Notes under the pieces: generated by a model
The model's input: only the letters and a program-made list of their open reading frames with translations
The model's database searches: none
What the model was told of the DNA's origin: nothing
Program-made: the position numbers and the translations under genes
Assembly: GCA_903824785.1 (NCBI GenBank)
Contig: CAIJYD010000111.1
Span: 71,059-135,058, forward strand
Direction: 5' to 3'
Length of the DNA: 64,000 nucleotides
Origin: an uncultured Bacteroidota bacterium
GTDB taxonomy: Bacteria > Bacteroidota > Bacteroidia > Bacteroidales > VadinHA17
Part shown: piece after piece, positions 57,063-64,000 of the stretch
How the letters are laid out: each line of letters opens with the position of its first letter
How positions within the stretch are numbered: the first letter of the stretch is position 1

Positions 57063-58439
57063 ATGAATTTACCATTCACAGAGCCATTTAAAATCAAAAT
57101 GGTTGAAAATATATACAGAAGCACAAGGGAACAAAGGGAGACCTGGATAAAAGAGGCATCATTTAATCTTTTTAACCTGAGGTCAGAGCAGGTTTTCATC
57201 GATCTGCTTACCGATTCGGGCACAGGAGCCATGAGCGATAAACAGTGGTCCGAAATAATGGTTGGTGATGAGAGTTATGCTGGTGCCAGCTCATATTACA
57301 AACTTAAAGAGGCAATAAAAGAGATCACCGGCTTCAGTTATTTTCTTCCTACCCATCAGGGAAGAGCTGCAGAAAATGTTCTCTTTTCCGTTCTTGTTAA
57401 AGAGGGTGATGTCGTTCCGGGAAACTCACATTTTGATACCACCAAGGGACACATTGAATTCAGAAAAGCCAGAGCTGTCGATTGTACAGTTGACATTGCC
57501 GCAGATACTTCAACATTTCATCCATTTAAGGGAAATGTTGATATTGAGAAGCTGGAGAAGGTACTCATAAGTAATCCTGCTGATAAGATCTCATGCATTA
57601 TAATCACCATTACCAACAATTCGGCAGGAGGTCAGCCAGTAAGCATGGAGAATATCAGAGAGGTGAGAAAACTGTCTCTTAAATATGGAGTGAAGCTGAT
57701 AATTGATTCGGCACGATTCGCGGAAAATGCATATTTTATTAAGCTCCGGGAAGATGGCTATGCCGGAAAAGAGATAAGGGATATTGTTGCAGAGATGTTC
57801 TCATATGCCGACGGCATGACAATGAGCTCAAAGAAAGATGCCATAGTGAACATGGGTGGATTTATCGGTTTAAAGGATGAAGAGCTGTTTCGACAGGCTT
57901 CAACCTTTAATATTATATATGAAGGATTTATAACATACGGAGGTATGTCGGGCAGAGATATGAATGCTCTTGCACGTGGGCTTTATGAAGGGACTGAGTT
58001 TGAATATCTCGAATCGCGTATTAACCAGGTAGCATATCTTGGAACAAAAATGAAGGAGTATGGCATTCCTGTTCTGGAGCCTTTCGGAGGCCATGCAATT
58101 TTTATCGATGCAAAAAAATTCCTTCCGGATATTTCCAAAGAAGAGTTTCCTGCCCAGACCCTTGCCATTGAAATATATCTTGAGGGTGGAGTAAGAGCCG
58201 TTGAGATCGGAGCCCTGATGGCTGACAGGGATCCGGTGACCCGCGAAAACAGGTTTCCTGAACTTGAGATCGTGAGACTAGCTCTTCCCCGAAGGGTCTA
58301 TACAAATAACCATATGGATTATGTTGCAGCTTCAGTAAAAAATGTTTTCGACAGAAGGGATAAAATAAAAAAGGGGGTTAAAATAACTGGTGAAGCTCCT
58401 ATTATGCGCCATTTCACAGTTAAGCTTGAAAGGATCTGA
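57063..58439 (+). CDS. tnaA: Beta-eliminating lyase: tryptophanase or tyrosine phenol-lyase family
   Basis: PFKIKMVE, DLLTDSGTGAMS, HQGRAAE and MSSKKDAIVNMGG (PLP lysine context). Tryptophanase and tyrosine phenol-lyase cannot be separated by eye, so the symbol is tentative. Confidence 0.85.
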   Translation: MNLPFTEPFKIKMVENIYRSTREQRETWIKEASFNLFNLRSEQVFIDLLTDSGTGAMSDKQWSEIMVGDESYAGASSYYKLKEAIKEITGFSYFLPTHQGRAAENVLFSVLVKEGDVVPGNSHFDTTKGHIEFRKARAVDCTVDIAADTSTFHPFKGNVDIEKLEKVLISNPADKISCIIITITNNSAGGQPVSMENIREVRKLSLKYGVKLIIDSARFAENAYFIKLREDGYAGKEIRDIVAEMFSYADGMTMSSKKDAIVNMGGFIGLKDEELFRQASTFNIIYEGFITYGGMSGRDMNALARGLYEGTEFEYLESRINQVAYLGTKMKEYGIPVLEPFGGHAIFIDAKKFLPDISKEEFPAQTLAIEIYLEGGVRAVEIGALMADRDPVTRENRFPELEIVRLALPRRVYTNNHMDYVAASVKNVFDRRDKIKKGVKITGEAPIMRHFTVKLERI

Positions 58440-58494
58440 TCGAGCTTTGATAATAACCTTAAATTGATTTCCTTTGCAGCTCTGAAATTTAGCA

Positions 58495-59841
58495 ATGCAG
58501 GATCTTACAACAGGAAAGGAAGGAAAACTTATTTTTCAATTTGCAGCACCAATGCTGCTGGGAAATGTATTCCAGCAACTCTTCAGTGTTGTTGACAGCA
58601 TCGTAGTAGGTAAGTTTATAGGAAAAGAGGCTCTCGCAGCCGTAGGAGCATCGTTCCCTGTAATATTCATAATGGTCTCTATGATTATCGGGCTGGTCAT
58701 GGGCACAACTGTTGTTATCTCGCAATACTTTGGAGCTAAAGATTTTGTAAGAGTAAAACGGGCAATCGATACCATGTATATCTACAGTGCCGTTGCCGGT
58801 GTTATTGCAACCATTATCGGATTAATAGTAAGCGAACCTCTGCTTCGTCTATTAGGCCTTCCCGAAGACATTATGCCACAAGCTGTTCAATACCTCAGGA
58901 TTTACCTGTCGGGAATAATAATATTTTTCGGGTTTAATGGCACAAGTGCAGTTCTCAGGGGGCTGGGCGACTCAAAAACACCGTTATACTTTCTGATGAT
59001 TGCCACCATTGCCAATATTATCCTTGTTCTTCTGTTCGTAGGAGTGTTTAAATGGGGAGTGGCCGGTGCTGCCTATGCAACCCTCATTGCAAATGGAATA
59101 GCTTTCGGTCTGGCAATTTACTGGCTGAACAAAACGCATAAGCTGATAAGGATAGCAATAAAAGGGCTCCACTTCGACAAAGAGATATTCAGGAAAAGTA
59201 TAAATATCGGATTACCGACAGGTATACAGCAAACCCTTGTAGCAATGGGTGCACTGGCTTTAATGGGTATTGTTAATAAATTCGGTACCAATGTAATAGC
59301 CGGTTATTCAGTTGCAAGTCGCCTCGACTCCCTGGCTATGGTTCCTGCAATGTCTTTCTCTCAGGCACTCTCCACATTTGTGGGTCAGAACATAGGCGCC
59401 AATAAACCGGAAAGGATCCGGGCAGGGCTTATTTCAACAATAAAAATGTCAGGAATTGTAACAATTGTTACAACTCTATTTATCGTTCTAACAGCTCATA
59501 TTATAATGAGCTTGTTTACAAACGACAAAGAGGTTATCCGGCTTGGCGATCAATATCTTACAATTGTCAGTTCATTCTATATCCTCTTCACCCTTATGTT
59601 TATTTACAACGGGGTTATGCGTGGCGCCGGTGATACTCTGGTACCGATGTTTGTTTCAATCCTCTCCCTATGGATAATAAGAATACCCATGGCATGGTTC
59701 TTATCCGGAAAAATTGGAGCCGCAGGAATATGGTGGTCAATCCCGGCAGGATGGGCAATAGGGCTCGCTCTCTCTTTCCTCTATTATAAATCAGGTCGCT
59801 GGAAGAAGAAGGCAGTTGTAAAATACGCCGGTAATTTGTAA
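58495..59841 (+). CDS. MATE family efflux transporter
   Basis: 448 aa, 12 TM. N-terminal AAPMLLGNVFQQLFSVVDSIVVGKFIGKEALAAVG is typical of MATE/NorM-like proteins. Confidence 0.88.
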   Translation: MQDLTTGKEGKLIFQFAAPMLLGNVFQQLFSVVDSIVVGKFIGKEALAAVGASFPVIFIMVSMIIGLVMGTTVVISQYFGAKDFVRVKRAIDTMYIYSAVAGVIATIIGLIVSEPLLRLLGLPEDIMPQAVQYLRIYLSGIIIFFGFNGTSAVLRGLGDSKTPLYFLMIATIANIILVLLFVGVFKWGVAGAAYATLIANGIAFGLAIYWLNKTHKLIRIAIKGLHFDKEIFRKSINIGLPTGIQQTLVAMGALALMGIVNKFGTNVIAGYSVASRLDSLAMVPAMSFSQALSTFVGQNIGANKPERIRAGLISTIKMSGIVTIVTTLFIVLTAHIIMSLFTNDKEVIRLGDQYLTIVSSFYILFTLMFIYNGVMRGAGDTLVPMFVSILSLWIIRIPMAWFLSGKIGAAGIWWSIPAGWAIGLALSFLYYKSGRWKKKAVVKYAGNL

Positions 59842-59885
59842 CTTTCAACCATATATTTCACTAATTACAACCAAAAACAAGGGAG

Positions 59886-60761
59886 ATGATAAAATCCATG
59901 ACGGGCTATGGAAAGGCCATTGCAGAAACACCACAGAAGAAAATAACCATCGAAATAAAATCTCTCAATTCGAAGCAGCTCGATCTGAATACCAAATTCC
60001 CATGGATCTATAAAGAAAAGGAACCTGAAATAAGAAACCTTATAAGCCAGAACCTCGACAGAGGGAAGATAGATTTTTCCATATACTGCGATATGCTTGA
60101 TGATGAAGTTGTTACTATCATAAACAAGTCGGCTGTAAAAAATTACTATAACCAGTTTAAAGAGATTGCTGCAGAACTTACAATCAACCTTGATGATCAG
60201 ATCTTTACCGCAATAATGAAACTTCCCGACACCCTCAAGACTGAAAAACGGGAGATCCCTGAAGGGGAATGGGAAGTAGTTAAAAATCAAATTATTGAAT
60301 CAATCAAAATGCTTGATCTGTACAGGATTGAAGAGGGAAATTCAATAATGACGGATTTATCGAAATGTATTGGTAAGATTTTGTCATTCCTTGAAACGAT
60401 CGGGACATTTGAGGCGGGAAGGATAACAAAAATAAGAGAAAAACTGATGTCACTTCTTGAAGATAACATTATAAAAGAGCATCTCGATAAGAACAGGTTT
60501 GAGCAGGAAATGATCTTCTATCTTGAGAAGTATGATATCAATGAAGAAAAAGTGAGATTAAAAACACATTGTGACTATTTTCTTGAGACAATGGGCACTC
60601 CTTCACCCAACGGAAAGGTATTAAACTTTATAGCACAGGAAATAGGAAGGGAAATAAATACGATAGGTTCAAAAGCCAATGATGCCTCAATTCAGAAACT
60701 GGTGGTTATGATGAAAGATGAACTTGAGAAGATTAAAGAACAGACGCTGAATATATTATAA
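59886..60761 (+). CDS. yicC: YicC family stress-induced protein
   Basis: MIKSMTGYG start, SLNSKQLD, and C-terminal EIGREINTIGSKAND. It lies immediately upstream of gmk, a conserved arrangement. Confidence 0.9.
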   Translation: MIKSMTGYGKAIAETPQKKITIEIKSLNSKQLDLNTKFPWIYKEKEPEIRNLISQNLDRGKIDFSIYCDMLDDEVVTIINKSAVKNYYNQFKEIAAELTINLDDQIFTAIMKLPDTLKTEKREIPEGEWEVVKNQIIESIKMLDLYRIEEGNSIMTDLSKCIGKILSFLETIGTFEAGRITKIREKLMSLLEDNIIKEHLDKNRFEQEMIFYLEKYDINEEKVRLKTHCDYFLETMGTPSPNGKVLNFIAQEIGREINTIGSKANDASIQKLVVMMKDELEKIKEQTLNIL

Positions 60762-61328
60762 ATGACAGGTAAACTGGTTATTATATCCGCACCATCCGGA
60801 GCGGGCAAAACAACAATAGTTAAACATTTGCTTAACAGCGGATTAAACCTTGAGTTTTCAGTCTCTGCCACAACCCGGACTATAAGAGGAGAAGAAAAAA
60901 ATGGTGTTGATTACTTTTTCCTTTCAGTTCCGGAATTTAAGAAAAGTGTTGAAAAGGATGAATTCGTTGAATGGGAAGAGGTTTATAAAGACCTTTTGTA
61001 CGGGACCCTGAAAAGCGAGCTTGAGAAAATATGGGCCAATGGCAACTATGTTCTGTTCGATGTGGATGTAATGGGTGGAATAACCCTGAAAAAAATATTT
61101 GGTGATAGAGCTGTTTCAATATTCATCATGCCTCCGTCAGTTGAAGAACTCGAGAGCAGACTGGTAAAAAGGGGTACTGACTCAGCTGAAAAAATCAGGA
61201 TGAGAGTTGAAAAGGCAAAGGAGGAGATTAAGCTTGCAAGCTCTTTCGATAGAATTATCGTCAACGATAAGCTTGACATAGCTAAGGAGGAGGCAAGAAA
61301 AATAGTTTCATCATTTCTTGAAAAATAA
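60762..61328 (+). CDS. gmk: Guanylate kinase
   Basis: P-loop ISAPSGAGKTT, SATTR..R..E..G.DYFF and W.EVY...YGT. Confidence 0.93.
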   Translation: MTGKLVIISAPSGAGKTTIVKHLLNSGLNLEFSVSATTRTIRGEEKNGVDYFFLSVPEFKKSVEKDEFVEWEEVYKDLLYGTLKSELEKIWANGNYVLFDVDVMGGITLKKIFGDRAVSIFIMPPSVEELESRLVKRGTDSAEKIRMRVEKAKEEIKLASSFDRIIVNDKLDIAKEEARKIVSSFLEK

Positions 61329-61342
61329 ATCTGCGGATTAAG

Positions 61343-61939
61343 ATGGCAAAAATTGGATTATATTTCGGATCATTCAACCCTGTTCACATAGGGCACATGG
61401 CTATTGCCGGATATATGACCGAGTTTGCCGGTATTGATCAGGTGTGGTTTGTGGTCAGTCCTCATAATCCGTTAAAGAAAAAAGAGACCCTTCTGGCTGA
61501 CCATCACCGGCTCAGCATGGCAATGATTGCAATTGGAGATAATGACAGGCTGAAAGCTTCAGATATAGAATTCAGGCTGCCGGTTCCATCGTACACTATC
61601 GATACACTGACATATTTAAAGGAGAAATATCCGAAAAATGAATTCTGCCTGGTAATGGGTGAAGATAATTTATACACTCTTCATAAATGGAAAAATGCCG
61701 ATGAGCTGGTAAAAAAATATGCGATATACGTTTATCCCAGGCCGGGTACTCTGAAACCATCCTCCCCCCTTCTGAGCCAGATCCTTTCTTCAACGGTAAC
61801 CCACTATGTAAAAGCTCCGCTGATGGAGATCTCAGGAACTTTTATCAGGGACGGAATCCAAAAGGGAAAAGACATGTCATATTTTCTTCCTCCGGCAGTA
61901 TGGAAATACATAAAAGAGATGCATTTCTACGAGAAGTAA
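61343..61939 (+). CDS. nadD: Nicotinate-nucleotide adenylyltransferase
   Basis: GLYFGSFNPVHIGHM (HxGH motif), VSPHNPLK and ISGTFIR. Confidence 0.9.
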   Translation: MAKIGLYFGSFNPVHIGHMAIAGYMTEFAGIDQVWFVVSPHNPLKKKETLLADHHRLSMAMIAIGDNDRLKASDIEFRLPVPSYTIDTLTYLKEKYPKNEFCLVMGEDNLYTLHKWKNADELVKKYAIYVYPRPGTLKPSSPLLSQILSSTVTHYVKAPLMEISGTFIRDGIQKGKDMSYFLPPAVWKYIKEMHFYEK

Positions 61940-61979
61940 TAATGGATCCCCTCGTACATCAGAATGACATATTTAAAAA

Positions 61980-62531
61980 TCAGGCTTTCTGAACCTCAGT
62001 TATTATCTCTTCACCCCTGATCAGCGCCTTCTCATTCATAGGTATCAGGTTATGATATCTTTCCGGCAGTGATTTTTTCAAACCTTTGATAATATTCTCA
62101 ATCTTTATTACCGGTTTAACCTTAATAAATCCTCCGAGGACGATCATGTTGAAAGTTTTCGGGCTGTTCATTCTAGCAGCTTCTTCAGTTGCATCGACAC
62201 GATAAATGGTAATATCTTTTCTTTCAGGATGCCTGGTAATACCATTACCGTCGTAGATAAGTACGCCTCCCGCTTTTACTGAACTCTCAAATTTATCGAG
62301 CGACTGCTGGTTAAGAATAATAGCAGTATCGAAATGCCTTATTATGGGAGAACTGATCCGCTCACTGCTAAGGATAACAATAACATTTGCAGTACCTCCA
62401 CGCATTTCAGGACCATATGAAGGCATCCAGCTCACTTCCATATCCTGCATCACTCCGGAATAGGCCATTATCTTGCCCATCGACAGAACACCCTGTCCTC
62501 CGAAACCGGCTATAATTATTTCTTCAGTCAT
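61980..62531 (-). CDS. 2-oxoacid:ferredoxin oxidoreductase gamma subunit
   Basis: IIAGFGGQGVLSMGKI and SYGPEMRGGTA are hallmark gamma-subunit blocks. Confidence 0.88.
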   Translation of the reverse strand: MTEEIIIAGFGGQGVLSMGKIMAYSGVMQDMEVSWMPSYGPEMRGGTANVIVILSSERISSPIIRHFDTAIILNQQSLDKFESSVKAGGVLIYDGNGITRHPERKDITIYRVDATEEAARMNSPKTFNMIVLGGFIKVKPVIKIENIIKGLKKSLPERYHNLIPMNEKALIRGEEIITEVQKA

Positions 62532-62562
62532 TTTTTTACGAGTTTCTTAATTAATATGCAGA

Positions 62563-63342
62563 CTATTCTTCCGGAGTTTTCAGATCGCCGAGAGGGTAAA
62601 AGGGGAACATGGTCTCCTCCATCCATTTATTCGACTGAACCGGAGTCATCTTCCATCCCGAAGGGCAGTTTGCGACTATTTCAATAAAGCAGGTTCCCTT
62701 ATCAAGTTTTTGATACTGAACAGCTTTCCTAATTGCCTTTTTTGTCTTTCTGACATTTGCAGGAGTATGAACGCTCTGTCGCGTAACGTAGTAAGTTCCG
62801 GGTAATGTTGCGACAATATCGGTCATTTTGAGTGGATTACCCATTGTTTTCACATCTCTGCCAAATGGTGACGTAGATGATTTCATACCCGGGAGTGTTG
62901 TTGGCGCCATCTGACCACCTGTCATTCCGTAAATCCCGTTATTAATAAAAATGATAAGGATATTTTCGCCTCTGTTACAGGCGTGTATTGTCTCAGCAGT
63001 ACCAATAGCTGCAAGATCTCCATCGCCCTGGTAAGTAAAAACAAACTTCTCGGGCATCAGCCGTTTTATTGCTGTGGCAACTGCCGGAGCGCGACCATGT
63101 GCAGCCTGCTGAATATCAACATCGAGATAATTATACATCATCACAGAACATCCTACCGGAGAGACACCAATTGTCTGCGACTGAAGCTCCTCTTCATCAA
63201 TTACTTCTGCCAGTATTCTGTGTGCAGTTCCGTGTCCGCAACCGGGGCAATATGAGAGGATATTATCCGTCATAATATCCGTTTTCCTGTAAGCCAGATT
63301 TTCCGGCTTGATTATTTCTTTAATTCCAGTAGCCTCAATCAT
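62563..63342 (-). CDS. 2-oxoacid:ferredoxin oxidoreductase beta (TPP-binding) subunit
   Basis: CPGCGHG, GDGD..AIG TPP motif, NNGIYGMTGGQ. Confidence 0.88.
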   Translation of the reverse strand: MIEATGIKEIIKPENLAYRKTDIMTDNILSYCPGCGHGTAHRILAEVIDEEELQSQTIGVSPVGCSVMMYNYLDVDIQQAAHGRAPAVATAIKRLMPEKFVFTYQGDGDLAAIGTAETIHACNRGENILIIFINNGIYGMTGGQMAPTTLPGMKSSTSPFGRDVKTMGNPLKMTDIVATLPGTYYVTRQSVHTPANVRKTKKAIRKAVQYQKLDKGTCFIEIVANCPSGWKMTPVQSNKWMEETMFPFYPLGDLKTPEE

Positions 63343-63345
63343 ATT

Positions 63346-64000
63346 TTAACCTCCGATAATTTTTGATTTAAGATTTTCCACCACCTCTTCAGGGGTGGTA
63401 ACTATGCCTCCCAATCTGCCGAAATGTTTTACAGGGACTTTTCCATTAACTGCCAGAAGCACATCTTCAACCATCTGACCGGCACTCATCTCAACAGAAA
63501 GCATTCCTTTAACCTTCCCGGCCAGTTCATAAATACGCTTTGTCGGAAACGGGAATAGTGTAATTGGCCGTAACAGGCCAACTTTTATGCCTTCGCCTCT
63601 TAATATCTGCACAGCTTTCTGGGAAACCCGCGCACTTGTACCATATGCAACCAAAAGATATTCAGCATCTTCGCATAAAAACTCCTCGTAGCGCACCTCT
63701 TTTTCCCTTATCTCGGCATATTTTGCCTGAAGTTTATTGTTAAAAACCTCCTGACCATAAGGATCAAGATCGAGAGAAGTGATAAAGTTTCTGGGTCGTG
63801 ATGCTGGCTTGCCGGTTGTGGCCCATAGTGGAGAATCTGAAGATCGCTCTTTTTGCGGACTCAGGTAAACTTTCTCCATCATCTGTCCAATGGCTCCATC
63901 GGAAAGCATCATAACAGGATTACGGTATTTAAAAGCCAGTTCAAAACCCAGCTCAACAAAGTCAGCCATCTCCTGAACTGAGGAAGGAGCCAGAACAATC
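63346..64000 (-). CDS. 2-oxoacid:ferredoxin oxidoreductase alpha subunit, N-terminus beyond the window
   Basis: The frame stays open to nt 64000. The C-terminal alpha-subunit region (AYGTSARV...GLLRPITLFPFP) lies 3 nt upstream of the beta subunit. Confidence 0.8.
   Translation of the reverse strand, partial: IVLAPSSVQEMADFVELGFELAFKYRNPVMMLSDGAIGQMMEKVYLSPQKERSSDSPLWATTGKPASRPRNFITSLDLDPYGQEVFNNKLQAKYAEIREKEVRYEEFLCEDAEYLLVAYGTSARVSQKAVQILRGEGIKVGLLRPITLFPFPTKRIYELAGKVKGMLSVEMSAGQMVEDVLLAVNGKVPVKHFGRLGGIVTTPEEVVENLKSKIIGG

Overview
The window looks like a chromosomal fragment from a Bacteroidota bacterium. Supporting evidence is GldF/GldG gliding-motility ABC components, a SusC/SusD pair, an ECF sigma/FecR anti-sigma pair, TAnnTTTG-type promoter boxes and mostly Shine-Dalgarno-less starts. 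All product calls rest on motifs I recognise in the supplied translations, because no database search was possible. About 55 CDS are supported and I found no rRNA, tRNA, CRISPR array, transposase or integrase. The two ends are housekeeping. At the left are an amidase, tatA, GH26, nagA, dnaN, gldFG, lpxB and surE. At the right are pheT, macro-domain and UbiA genes, a tryptophanase-like lyase, MATE, yicC-gmk-nadD and a 2-oxoacid:ferredoxin oxidoreductase. The centre (about 16.7-46.4 kb, all minus strand) is the accessory part. It is an ECF-sigma/anti-sigma-controlled SusC/SusD locus with unusual cargo: five Gfo/Idh/MocA oxidoreductases (four with twin-arginine signals, one of them GH109-like), three aminotransferases (two DegT-family, one with a Tat signal, and one class III), a tandem pair of secreted ceramidase-like paralogs, a Kelch propeller, a lipoprotein propeller, a barrel-less plug protein, MFS and EamA transporters, and only one classical glycoside hydrolase (GH20). 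I consider this the best candidate for an undescribed system, namely a periplasmic oxidation/transamination route for an amino-sugar glycan. Other items worth a second look: (1) an 882-bp non-coding insertion splits the sigma and anti-sigma genes; it is bounded by two composite direct repeats built from GGGGTTGAA 9-mers and holds a perfect 22-bp inverted repeat. (2) A plus-strand promoter box plus intrinsic terminator lies antisense in the fecR-susC spacer, which could be a DonS-like cis-antisense sRNA. (3) An unassigned 735-aa polytopic membrane protein carries Ig/PKD-like modules.
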